This document shows, piece by piece, positions 27,575 through 37,915 of a DNA stretch of 64,000 bases. A program made the position numbers and the translations under genes. Source of the stretch: a virus. Taxonomy: Duplodnaviria; Caudoviricetes. The notes under the pieces are model-generated. The model did not search any database. It had not been told where the DNA came from and worked only from the letters and a program-made list of their open reading frames with translations. Every line of letters begins with the position of its first letter. Position 1 is the stretch's first letter. The stretch lies in the IMG/VR virus record IMGVR_UViG_3300035502_000313, positions 64,001-128,000 of that record. One strand, 5' to 3'.

Positions 27575-29278
27575 TTAACCAATATCAGATGTGTTTACCC
27601 AACCAGATACATAAGTTCCAGCAGGTGTCTTTCCTACATTGCTTGAGGAATTAGTTATACGAATTCTTCCATTAGAAACATCACTACTGTAAATATAGTA
27701 TGTTCCTGACTTCTTAGAAGAGTACTTGGTTGCAGTAGCAGTTGAATATAATGCAGTGCTCTTTAATACAACTTTAGTACCAGCCTTTAATGAAGAAGAA
27801 GTAGATGTAGTTCCAGAAACAACAGATACATCAACCCAACCAGATACATAAGTTCCAACAGGAGTCTTACCTACATTGCTAGCAGAGTTAGTTACACGTA
27901 TTCTATTATTTACAACTTCTGTACTATATACATAGTAAGTACCAGATTTCTTATTACCAACCTTAACAGTTGATGTACTATATAATGTATCACCAGATAG
28001 TGTTACTTTAGTACCAGCTTTAATTGCTATGGATGATGTACTACTTGTAGTAGTGGTTGAAGTTGTTGTGTTAGAAGATGATGTAGTAGTTGTAGATGAA
28101 GAAGATGTTCCATATACATCAGACTTAGAAAGACCATAATACTTATAGAAGTCAGATGTTACAGTATTGTTATTTACACATTCATCACCCTTCCAGATAT
28201 TAGATGTTCTAGCATCTAGATGTGTAGAAGTATATGATGATGTAATATTAGCAATACCACCAAGTCCTAAATCTTGTGCAACACAAGAAATAATCTTTGA
28301 GGAAATAACCTTTTTATTTTTATCATAGAATACAATATCTACAGCATTACCAACACCATGCTGACCAACAAATCCACCAATAGTCTTATCATATGTAGGA
28401 CAACGATAACCACTATTAATGATAGCCATAGAGCAGTTTAATGTATCCATAATCTTTTCAAGTTGATATACAAGATAATGATTAACAAGAATACTATGAT
28501 CTGAACCACACTTGCACTTAAACTCTTGTACATTAAAATGCTTAGAAATCTGTGTCTTATCTGTACTAGCATATGTAGTAACCTTATTCTCAGGAGCAGA
28601 CTTAGATGTAGAAACCACATAACTAGTAGTAGAAGTAGTAGACTCTGTTACTGTAGAAGAAGTAGTAGATGAACCAAGGTTATTTAAACCAAGCTTCTTA
28701 ATCTTTGCAGGATAATCATCTACATAGCAATAATCAAGGTCAACACTACCACTAATACCACTAACAGTACCAGTGCTAGAATACTGCCAAATGGTTTTCT
28801 GTGTCCAAGGTGTAGAGCTAGCATAATGAGCAATAGCAAGATCATACTTAGAATATACAGATTCAGAAATATAACTCTTGATAAAGCTATAGTATGTGTA
28901 TACACCAGGATAATAACCAGCATCTCTTAATGTATCACAAAACGCTGGAATAATTACATCAGCAACCGACTTACTAGTCTGAGTCTTATGTTCAATATCA
29001 AACAAAATAGGATACTCAAACTTCTTACCTTTTAGACATTCAATGCATGCTTTTGCTTCTTGAATAGCTTCTGCCTTAGTAGTAGCATAAGAGAACCAAT
29101 AAGCACCCTTTGGAATACCATACTTCTCACAGGCAGCATAATACTCTTCAAATCTATCATCTTTCTGAGATACTAGCTTACCATATCCTGCTCTCAAAAT
29201 AGCAAAATCAATTTCACTCTTAGTCTTAGACCAATCAATCGATCTTTGCCAAACAGAAACATCAATTCCTTTTAACAT
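27575..29278 (-). CDS. endolysin: GH25 muramidase + Peptidase M15 + two C-terminal cell-wall-binding repeats
   Basis: GIDVSVWQ...FAILRAGYG...FDIE...WQYSSTG...VDLD; SKHFNVQEFKC...NSGYRC...QHGVGNAVDI...HLDAR; duplicated KAGTKV.L...RIR.TNS.SNVGKTP.GTYVSGWV. Confidence 0.9.
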   Translation of the reverse strand: MLKGIDVSVWQRSIDWSKTKSEIDFAILRAGYGKLVSQKDDRFEEYYAACEKYGIPKGAYWFSYATTKAEAIQEAKACIECLKGKKFEYPILFDIEHKTQTSKSVADVIIPAFCDTLRDAGYYPGVYTYYSFIKSYISESVYSKYDLAIAHYASSTPWTQKTIWQYSSTGTVSGISGSVDLDYCYVDDYPAKIKKLGLNNLGSSTTSSTVTESTTSTTSYVVSTSKSAPENKVTTYASTDKTQISKHFNVQEFKCKCGSDHSILVNHYLVYQLEKIMDTLNCSMAIINSGYRCPTYDKTIGGFVGQHGVGNAVDIVFYDKNKKVISSKIISCVAQDLGLGGIANITSSYTSTHLDARTSNIWKGDECVNNNTVTSDFYKYYGLSKSDVYGTSSSSTTTTSSSNTTTSTTTTSSTSSIAIKAGTKVTLSGDTLYSTSTVKVGNKKSGTYYVYSTEVVNNRIRVTNSASNVGKTPVGTYVSGWVDVSVVSGTTSTSSSLKAGTKVVLKSTALYSTATATKYSSKKSGTYYIYSSDVSNGRIRITNSSSNVGKTPAGTYVSGWVNTSDIG

Positions 29279-29300
29279 AAACTTTTACCTCCTTAATTAT

Positions 29301-29345
29301 AATTTTTCTTTAGATTAGAAAATTTTTCTTTAGATTAGAAAATTT
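29301..29345. repeat. 20-nt tandem direct repeat spanning a stop codon
   Basis: AATTTTTCTTTAGATTAGAA x2 plus AATTT. Confidence 0.85.
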
Positions 29346-32300
29346 AGTAATAGCTTTTGGTACATTATCATCACTATCAAAACTCTCGTTTGCACTTTTG
29401 ATATAATTTAAAAATTCATTCAAATATATCACTGAATTTTCTATAAATTTATATATACATTTTTTATAATTAGATTCTGCTGTACAATTATTATATATAT
29501 TATTATTATCAGAATTTAATGTATTATATACTTCTTCTTTAGAATCAGTTAACTTACCTTTCCAAGAATTATAATTAAAATACAGACTAGAATAAGTATA
29601 TCTATTTATTATTAAAACATCACTTACAAAATCTATTATATTAGAATCATAATATGTTTTATTTTTTAATGAGTTATAATATTTTATATACATACCAAAT
29701 GACGGATCAAAATCATATATTTCACTAGAATTTAAATATGCGAATAAATACTGACAACAATTCACATACTCGTCTATAACCTCATCTAGGGATATAGGCA
29801 TAGTTATATTATTAATTGGTAAGGTATCATCAGGAATATATGTACCATTTAATAAATCATTATCAAAATATTCTTTTGTACAAATTAAACCATCTTTAGA
29901 TATATACATACGTTTAGGATATACACTACCATTATGAAAATCATATGTAAAACTTTCAACCTTACTATTTCCATTATCGTTACATTTAGTATATGCTCCT
30001 TCTGTTACAAATACTATTACACCTCTATTATTTAAGGTTTTTGTTTTATTATCATCTGAATATCCATATCCATAATTAAAATTATAAAGATTATGCTTTT
30101 CATCAAATTCAGCATTCTTATCTTTATAATGCTCATATTGAAAACTACCAGTTGAGGTAGATTTACTTATCAGATTTCCATTTTTGTCATATATATTTCC
30201 GTCTTCATCTTTTTTAGATCCATATATATCATCATGACTATTAGCATTGTCTTCTAAATTATTATTATCAACAATACTTATAGTATCACTTATATTTTGA
30301 CCAGCAAGATATATATAATTATTCAATTCAGTTTTCATATCAATAAATGAATCAGATAAAATATTTATTGTTTTATCATTATTTAATGCTAATAACAATG
30401 TTTCCCAAGTTAGTTTATCAACTTCAATTTCACCCATACTACCATTTATTGATACTATAGTTGAATTTTTTGTTTCTCCATCACTTATAGCTAATCCATA
30501 AGTGGTTTTACTACCAGCTTGTTCTTTATTAATATATATAACATCTTCTGATGAATAAGTTTTAGATACATCGTTTCCATTATTATCTACTAATTCTGAA
30601 TTATTAAGTCCATAAATTGAACTGATTTCTACATTATTTTTTAATGTTATAGAAGATTTTAGTGTAACTTTATTGTTAGAAGTGGTAGAATAGAAATTAT
30701 CATTATAACCAGTTCCTTTATCATTTAAGGTTTTTCTAATAGTTATACCTTGTACGTCTTGTCTTGTGAAAAATGCAGTATTTGATTTATTGAATTGTGA
30801 ATCTAGTAATGAATCAGGATTATCTATTGGTATAGACAAGTCTCTAGTTAATATATAATTATAAAATTCATATAAAGATTTAAATGATCCATCATTATTT
30901 TTATAATAACATTCTCTTATTCCTTTGCCATTTATATAAGGGAAATCATCAATATGAATAACCTTATTAATTTTTGTAGATTTAATATAATCTATATATG
31001 TTTTTACATTATAGATATAAGAATTGCTAGAATTTAGAGTATTGGATACATATGGTGCTAAATGATTTTCATAAAGAACTAAAGAATTATCATTTAATAA
31101 TTCTTTAATTTTAAATCCGTCATTTATGCTATCATTGTTTGTATACGCTGCTGCAAAGTATCTAATGTCAACACCATCATTTCTACTATTACGTGTAGGT
31201 ATAGCTAAATCACATGTACTAGAAGCATCCAATTCTGAATTTTTATAATATTTATTAACTATATCAGTATTAATTGGATAAAAATTATAAGCTTTAACTA
31301 TAGTTTTAATAAATAAATTAGGATTTGTACTTATGATTTGATTAGCATCTGAAAATGCTTTTTCAACTGCATCTTCAGAAGAAAGATCACTATCTAATTC
31401 CATTAAATAATGAACTTTATAGTTTACATATGCTCTTACACATACAGGATGATTAGATTTTGAATATTCATTTTTAGTAGCAACCTTAATATCAGCTATA
31501 AAAGTACTAGTATAATAATCATATGAACTAATGTAATCATTTTCTTCATTAGAATTAGTATCATCTGGATTAAAGTAGTATTTAATTCTATATATATAAT
31601 TTTGAGTAGCTGCAGTATCTATATAATACATATACATAAATCCAGTATCATTGCTATCTATCTTTTCATTATTTTTAAACAAGTCTTTGGTAACGTATTT
31701 CATTGATAATCCAGTTATTTCTTCTCCATCATTCTCATCAATCGAACTTGTACCTTCATCATCTATATTATAATTACTATTTATTAATATTTTGAGATCA
31801 AAACCACCATAACTATTATCAAATCCATATGGATATATTTTATATTTACCGTCTGAATATTTTATATGTTCATTAGCAAATTTTATCTTTCTTGTAACTA
31901 AAATATCTTGTATTCCAAATTGTGCATTATTATAATTTGGTTTTTGATCATCACTATAATAAGGAGTACCCATACTAGATATACCTACACGAGATATAAT
32001 ATTTAGCATTAAATAATTCCCGCTTTTATCAGTTGTAATGAATTGATCTGATCCATCATTTCCTAATATAGGTACATTTCGTTTAATTTTTAATTTACTT
32101 GAGATACCGTTTATTTTTATTGTATTTTTATCATTACTGAACGCTTCTCCTGTATATACATTCTTTTCATTATTCTTATTAAATAACAAGTATAAAAAAT
32201 ATCTTGTTTCATCTATATTATTAAAACTATTATTAAAAAATTCATACGATGTTCTATCAAATTTAGAAGGCGTGTTATCGTTATAAAAAGATTCAAAATT

Positions 32301-33836
32301 TGATAGATTTTCTTCTGAATGAGAAAAATCATTTCCATCTTTATCAAATAAGACATTTTCGAATAATTCTGGATATACAATAACAATATTTTTTATTAGT
32401 TTATGATATGGATCTGATACTTTAAATGTAGCAATATCTTCAATAGTATCATTTTCTATACAGCATATTCTTTTTCTTATATATGTTTTATAACTATTAT
32501 TTCCTCCGGTAAAAAAATCTATAAATCTACTAACATCATTCATTATTTCATTTTTAAAAATAGTATCGTTTACATATTGTGATGAATAAGTTACTCTATA
32601 GATCATTCCACTTGAACTCAAATTTCTAGTCTTTAAAAATGCGTCATATGGACAAAAATTATCACCTGTAATAAAATCTTTTACATGTATTCTTTTAACT
32701 CCACCTTCAATATTATAAGCAACAAATCCATTATGATTATCAAAATCCCACCACGATCCTACTAAAATATCACCTTTAGTATATCTAAAAGATAAACCAG
32801 TATTATTACCGTTAACATAAATACCGTTATTAGATATATTAGAATAAGAACTAAATTTCATTGTATCAATATTTATTGGTTTAAACATCATAGAACTATC
32901 TAGTTGATTAGAACTCCAATTATCACCGCTAGTTGTATCTGTCAATACATAATAATATTTATTTCTGTCTTCTTCAGGTATATATTCACATTCATCCTTA
33001 AAATAAATATACGCAGTATGATCTTCACTTTTCCACATTCCGAGATTTGTTAATTCATTATATGTAAAACAGAATTTTTCTATAAATGTATCATTTAAAG
33101 TTCCATTAATTTTTTTAAAAGAATGCATTCCTGTAACATTTTCCATTCCAACATCAGAATTTATCATATTTATAAATGGAAATACCAGATTTTGAATTGA
33201 TACATTTATTCCATTTATATTAATACAATCTAGATTTGCCACAGGTGTCATAGTTCTTTGTGTAATATTTCCTTCATCATCAGTTATATTTACAGGAATT
33301 TCATACACAACATCATCTTCACTGTTTCTTAATAATGCATGCTTATCTTCTTCATTATCAAATTCAACAGCAGCATCAAATACTGAAGTATCTATTTTAT
33401 ATGTATAACCAGTCATATCTTCGTCGCCAGTTATATCAAAAAGTTTTAAATCACAATCACCAGCACCTGTACCAGTGATAAAGTCCTCGAAATTAGTTTG
33501 ACTACAAAAATGCATTGTAAAGTTGTCAAAATCTATGATTACCATTACGTAATCATCGTTTTTCCACACATCTTGTACAGTAGCATAAGCTTTTCCTTCT
33601 CCGATACTGTCTTTTAAAATTCTACCAGCGAAGTCATATACTTTATCTTCTGATACACTTAGTATAGTTTCACCTTCTGAATTATTAAGTGTCCAACTAG
33701 AAGATTTGAAATCGCTTGTTGCTGTAAAGAGTTTTAATACTTTACCAGCAAGCTTTACTGGATAACTTGTATCCATAGTAAGTATCGATCCACTATGATG
33801 TAAATCCATACGTCTATTTAAAAAGTTTGTAGACAT
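29310..33836 (-). CDS. large N/Y-rich late protein, possible tail fibre/receptor-binding protein
   Basis: 1508 aa; AACT-N6-TA at 33866-33877; most of the gene is visibly more AT-rich than its neighbours. Confidence 0.5.
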   Translation of the reverse strand: MSTNFLNRRMDLHHSGSILTMDTSYPVKLAGKVLKLFTATSDFKSSSWTLNNSEGETILSVSEDKVYDFAGRILKDSIGEGKAYATVQDVWKNDDYVMVIIDFDNFTMHFCSQTNFEDFITGTGAGDCDLKLFDITGDEDMTGYTYKIDTSVFDAAVEFDNEEDKHALLRNSEDDVVYEIPVNITDDEGNITQRTMTPVANLDCININGINVSIQNLVFPFINMINSDVGMENVTGMHSFKKINGTLNDTFIEKFCFTYNELTNLGMWKSEDHTAYIYFKDECEYIPEEDRNKYYYVLTDTTSGDNWSSNQLDSSMMFKPINIDTMKFSSYSNISNNGIYVNGNNTGLSFRYTKGDILVGSWWDFDNHNGFVAYNIEGGVKRIHVKDFITGDNFCPYDAFLKTRNLSSSGMIYRVTYSSQYVNDTIFKNEIMNDVSRFIDFFTGGNNSYKTYIRKRICCIENDTIEDIATFKVSDPYHKLIKNIVIVYPELFENVLFDKDGNDFSHSEENLSNFESFYNDNTPSKFDRTSYEFFNNSFNNIDETRYFLYLLFNKNNEKNVYTGEAFSNDKNTIKINGISSKLKIKRNVPILGNDGSDQFITTDKSGNYLMLNIISRVGISSMGTPYYSDDQKPNYNNAQFGIQDILVTRKIKFANEHIKYSDGKYKIYPYGFDNSYGGFDLKILINSNYNIDDEGTSSIDENDGEEITGLSMKYVTKDLFKNNEKIDSNDTGFMYMYYIDTAATQNYIYRIKYYFNPDDTNSNEENDYISSYDYYTSTFIADIKVATKNEYSKSNHPVCVRAYVNYKVHYLMELDSDLSSEDAVEKAFSDANQIISTNPNLFIKTIVKAYNFYPINTDIVNKYYKNSELDASSTCDLAIPTRNSRNDGVDIRYFAAAYTNNDSINDGFKIKELLNDNSLVLYENHLAPYVSNTLNSSNSYIYNVKTYIDYIKSTKINKVIHIDDFPYINGKGIRECYYKNNDGSFKSLYEFYNYILTRDLSIPIDNPDSLLDSQFNKSNTAFFTRQDVQGITIRKTLNDKGTGYNDNFYSTTSNNKVTLKSSITLKNNVEISSIYGLNNSELVDNNGNDVSKTYSSEDVIYINKEQAGSKTTYGLAISDGETKNSTIVSINGSMGEIEVDKLTWETLLLALNNDKTINILSDSFIDMKTELNNYIYLAGQNISDTISIVDNNNLEDNANSHDDIYGSKKDEDGNIYDKNGNLISKSTSTGSFQYEHYKDKNAEFDEKHNLYNFNYGYGYSDDNKTKTLNNRGVIVFVTEGAYTKCNDNGNSKVESFTYDFHNGSVYPKRMYISKDGLICTKEYFDNDLLNGTYIPDDTLPINNITMPISLDEVIDEYVNCCQYLFAYLNSSEIYDFDPSFGMYIKYYNSLKNKTYYDSNIIDFVSDVLIINRYTYSSLYFNYNSWKGKLTDSKEEVYNTLNSDNNNIYNNCTAESNYKKCIYKFIENSVIYLNEFLNYIKSANESFDSDDNVPKAITKFSNLKKNFLI

Positions 33837-33921
33837 ATATAATTTCCTCCTTTTCTTTAAGTATTTATAATAAAGTTCTTCTATTACAACAAAAAAGAAG
33901 AGTTGTGAATGAACACAACTC

Positions 33922-34695
33922 TTATCTTTTATATTGAATACTCATAAGAATAGAGAATAATTCTCTATTAAACATTTGATTGTTTGATATGTTTAATACA
34001 TTCTTATAACTATCGTCTATAAACATAACACCATAATGTCCAAGTCTATACATAGAATCCGAATTGAATTCACGATAGTATTCAATATCAAGTTGTCTAT
34101 TATCATAACGTTGTATAAATGTCATTAACTCTTGTATAGCACCTACAATGTTACCCTTGACAACTTGCTTTAATATATAAGATAGAAACGATAGATAAGC
34201 TGAGTGTAGTTCTAGCTTACTATCATTAATACCTTTGATGTCTAGTATATCACCAGAATCATCAAGTTCATTCATACCATAATATATCTCTATTCCTCTA
34301 CAATAGATATACATATGATATGAATTTCTATGTGTAAATTCTATGTTACCAAAAGTTGTATATTGTAATCTTCTCATAACATAGAATGCGTCTTTCTTTA
34401 TAGATACTATATCATCTTCTGTTAGGTTATTAGATTCAATTAAGCACTTACGAGCCCACTCAAATCCTTCACTTATAACCCTCGACATTTCTGGATTCTT
34501 CTGAAGATTACCTATAGCTATCTCTCTCTGCATCTTCGACATTTGAAGATACATGTTATATTCTTGAGCAGTGATATATCCACCCTGTAAAAGGATGGAT
34601 ATATTTGCCTTTGCTATATCATACTCATGGATTTCATTAATGATAAACTTTACTTTCTTTGTATAGAGTGTTCTTTTATAGAGTTCATTATTCAT
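33922..34695 (-). CDS. small DNA-polymerase palm-like protein
   Basis: IHEYDIAKANISIL (motif A-like) and IVSIKKDAFYV (motif C-like); no exonuclease domain. Confidence 0.45.
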   Translation of the reverse strand: MNNELYKRTLYTKKVKFIINEIHEYDIAKANISILLQGGYITAQEYNMYLQMSKMQREIAIGNLQKNPEMSRVISEGFEWARKCLIESNNLTEDDIVSIKKDAFYVMRRLQYTTFGNIEFTHRNSYHMYIYCRGIEIYYGMNELDDSGDILDIKGINDSKLELHSAYLSFLSYILKQVVKGNIVGAIQELMTFIQRYDNRQLDIEYYREFNSDSMYRLGHYGVMFIDDSYKNVLNISNNQMFNRELFSILMSIQYKR

Positions 34696-35198
34696 GCTAA
34701 ATCACCATGATCTGAGTAAAGTTTATCAGTTCCAAACATTTGGATATATGTCTCCATATTCCTATCAAACATCTGAATTCCATCTGTAGAGAAATCACCA
34801 TCACTAATGATGTCATTCATTATGTCCGTACAAATATTACATTTGAATCCATAAGAGTCAGTTATAAACTTCATTAATGCTTCAATCATATTAATAGATA
34901 TATCGTTATTCCAATCACAAATAATGAAAACACTATACCCATTATATAACGTTCGCATCAAATCAACAAGCTGTCTAAATGCAGCTGGAGAAGTTGTGAT
35001 ATAAGAGATATACATATTATCAAACTCAAACTCATTGAAGAATACTTGCTCTGTTGAACTCCAATAAGGATTCAAAGCATCAAGCTTTTCTACTCCTTCT
35101 ACTAATGAGTTAAAGTTAATGTATATATAGTCTATCTTATTTGGATTCATCCTTAGTATACTATATACCTGAGGAGTTCCAAATATAAGTGCACTCAT
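34692..35198 (-). CDS. hypothetical protein
   Basis: ORF with AGGAGG RBS, in operon. Confidence 0.7.
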   Translation of the reverse strand: MSALIFGTPQVYSILRMNPNKIDYIYINFNSLVEGVEKLDALNPYWSSTEQVFFNEFEFDNMYISYITTSPAAFRQLVDLMRTLYNGYSVFIICDWNNDISINMIEALMKFITDSYGFKCNICTDIMNDIISDGDFSTDGIQMFDRNMETYIQMFGTDKLYSDHGDLA

Positions 35199-35213
35199 TA
35201 CACATACCTCCTT

Positions 35214-35795
35214 TTAATACTGTATGAATAATTGATCATTAGGTCTATTAGAAAGTTTATATCTATTAACGATATCCTGAACCTTAACTACACATTCAGG
35301 AATAATACCTTGACTTAATAAGAGTTGCGGATTACTTCTAATATCTCCAATTCCATAACATAAAACTCCGAATCTAGAATAGAGATAATCAACCAATGCT
35401 TTACAAATCGGCATCCACATTTTAGCATCATCATTGTCAAAGTAAAGAATATAATCAAAGTTTCTTTCAAGCATTCCAGCAAGAAGAACTGCAATATACT
35501 CTTGAATATCTGGGTCGTTATCAAGCTTGTTATAATACTCATAAACAAAGTTATTATAATCCTCATCAATAAGGAAAAACATTGCTCTTGAGTTTGGTAA
35601 TAGAATACTAGCAACGATATAATCATCACCGCTACCTTCTATATCATTGACAACAACAATCTTTGTATGGTGTATTTCTTGATTAACACCACTGTTTTTA
35701 CAAGCCTCTGCATATGCCTGTAAATAAGTTCCCTTATAATTAATAAGGAACTGTAATTCTGTAGCATTTCCAGCCACCATTATATTTCCAATCAT
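35214..35795 (-). CDS. hypothetical protein
   Basis: ORF with AGGAGG RBS. Confidence 0.7.
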   Translation of the reverse strand: MIGNIMVAGNATELQFLINYKGTYLQAYAEACKNSGVNQEIHHTKIVVVNDIEGSGDDYIVASILLPNSRAMFFLIDEDYNNFVYEYYNKLDNDPDIQEYIAVLLAGMLERNFDYILYFDNDDAKMWMPICKALVDYLYSRFGVLCYGIGDIRSNPQLLLSQGIIPECVVKVQDIVNRYKLSNRPNDQLFIQY

Positions 35796-35872
35796 TGAAC
35801 TTCCTCCTGTTATTTATATTATGAGTAAGTTGGAGTTGATGTAATTACCAACTCCTAACCTACATAACACGA

Positions 35873-37912
35873 TTATCTACGACGATTCTTCTTTTTCTTC
35901 TTACCATATTTCTGTTGCTGTTTACGAGTACCCTGTTTTTCATTGCCAATCACTGCCATATTATACTGGTCAACAATTGATATCTTCTCAGGGACTGTTT
36001 TAGGTTCTGGATCTGAAGTTTCTTCTTCATCAACATCATATCCTTCTTCTACAGTACAAGTATTATCATCTTCACTAGAAGCATTGATATCATTGATGAT
36101 ATCTTCTACAGAAGTTTCGTCAGGTTGTACAGTTTCACAATATACCTGCTCTGCATAATTCTCAGCAAGACTAATTGTGTAGTACTTATTTGTATCTACT
36201 TCAAAGTCATACTCTCCACTTTCAGATGCAAACTTCATATTAGATACAGCAGAAGAAATGAACTTCAGAATGTTAGAAGAATTGTATGTGAAGTTTCCTG
36301 AGAGAACGATGTTATATCTGTAATCTTCAAGAGACATACCAATAGCAGATCTATATACATCATATACATCCTTATAGATACAGAATCTAAATACATCTGA
36401 ATTCTCATCAGTATCAAATGAATTGAGTTCGAGCAATAACTTCCAGAAGTTAATAATGCTCATAAAGAATGTCTTTGTATTCTTTACATTAAGGATGAGC
36501 TTATAGAATACTAAGAACATATCCTCATTCATCTCTGCACCGCTTATCTTTCTAAGCATTGCATTGAGCATTGTATCTGCTGTGCCAACATTATCCTCTG
36601 TAATTGTTACACATTCGCCATAAGAATTTATAGTAGCAGCACTAACTTCCCTATACATTCTAAAAGCTTCTTCTTCAGATACAAACGGATTATCTGTAAT
36701 GATCATGCTATTAATAGCTTTGATCAGATTTGTAACAGGAACATTACTAGAATCTACTGCCTGTTCAAATGTCAGACCTGCATTGAGTTTATTGAAAGCA
36801 TTCATGAAGTTAGCTTTCTTATCTCCAACAACTACGACAGGTTTTGCAGGTTCAACCTTTACTTCTTCAACAATATTATTTACTGTTGTTTCTTCGTTGT
36901 TGTTGATAGGAGTTATAATAACTCTTCTCTTTTTCTTAGGTGCAGAGTTAATGTGAGTATCAAATACATGATTCACATTATTATTGAGATTCGATATACT
37001 AGAATCTACATGATTACTCTTTCCACCTGTTTCTTTTACTGATATAACTTCACCAGTTTCAACGCTTGAAATTATTATTTTCATTTTCTTTACTCCTTCA
37101 TTCTTTTTATATCCAACTGCACTTAACAAGGATTTTATATCGTCACCTTCTGGTTTTGATAATGTAGAAGCTAAGTATGTCCTTCCACATTCGGAACATA
37201 CAATATTGTTAAATCCTTCATCATAATCAAGTGTACCAGAACAAAGTTTTCCATTCAATATATCTTTACATAATCTCTTTTTAGGATCTGCTACATACAT
37301 TGATGGATAGTCCAATAACACTGGTCCGAAACCAGATCTATAACCCCAGTTCTTCATACTTCTAGTTCCAATATCATCCATAGCGATATTGTTATTACGA
37401 ATCTTGAAATATAAGATATCAAAGATTTCTTGAGAATACTTTGTAAACTCAGATACATCTTTAATCGGGATTACATTTTCTATGATAGCTAAACTACCAC
37501 ATGGTGATACTTCGAATATCTTATTGCAGAATGGCTTTAAAACATTCTGATTCACATATTCTTTGAGATTACTTGTAAATCCGACATTATCAGTTGCTAC
37601 TTTAGCAACAACTCTTTTATCGTAATTACATACATAAGCTCTTCTATTAGTACCCCCACCAATAAGGCTGAAACCTCTTCTATTCATCAATTCACCAAGT
37701 AATCTATACTTCTCTTTTACATTACAATGCATTGCAGGAGAAGTAGCAAGCTTATGAATAAAAGCGATATCATTTTGGGTAAAGTATGATAACAACGGAT
37801 TGACTTTAAAACTATCAAACCATGCTATCCACTGCTTCATGAGTTTAGACTCTTTAATTACATCTTTTCTATAGATGTCAGAAAGATTATTTTTTATTTT
37901 CATTTCAAACAC
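35873..37912 (-). CDS. protein-kinase-like domain plus Zn ribbon plus helical C-terminal region
   Basis: LIGGGTNRRAY (Gly loop), VVAKVA, NLKE, MDDIGTRSMKNWG, VLLDY; C..C...CSECGR; basic tail. Confidence 0.6.
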   Translation of the reverse strand: MFEMKIKNNLSDIYRKDVIKESKLMKQWIAWFDSFKVNPLLSYFTQNDIAFIHKLATSPAMHCNVKEKYRLLGELMNRRGFSLIGGGTNRRAYVCNYDKRVVAKVATDNVGFTSNLKEYVNQNVLKPFCNKIFEVSPCGSLAIIENVIPIKDVSEFTKYSQEIFDILYFKIRNNNIAMDDIGTRSMKNWGYRSGFGPVLLDYPSMYVADPKKRLCKDILNGKLCSGTLDYDEGFNNIVCSECGRTYLASTLSKPEGDDIKSLLSAVGYKKNEGVKKMKIIISSVETGEVISVKETGGKSNHVDSSISNLNNNVNHVFDTHINSAPKKKRRVIITPINNNEETTVNNIVEEVKVEPAKPVVVVGDKKANFMNAFNKLNAGLTFEQAVDSSNVPVTNLIKAINSMIITDNPFVSEEEAFRMYREVSAATINSYGECVTITEDNVGTADTMLNAMLRKISGAEMNEDMFLVFYKLILNVKNTKTFFMSIINFWKLLLELNSFDTDENSDVFRFCIYKDVYDVYRSAIGMSLEDYRYNIVLSGNFTYNSSNILKFISSAVSNMKFASESGEYDFEVDTNKYYTISLAENYAEQVYCETVQPDETSVEDIINDINASSEDDNTCTVEEGYDVDEEETSDPEPKTVPEKISIVDQYNMAVIGNEKQGTRKQQQKYGKKKKKNRRR

Positions 37913-37915
37913 CCC

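Noticed and set aside
27580-28030. DNA-level repeats inside the endolysin and the 53648 gene
   Set aside because: Explained by duplicated protein domains, not independent elements
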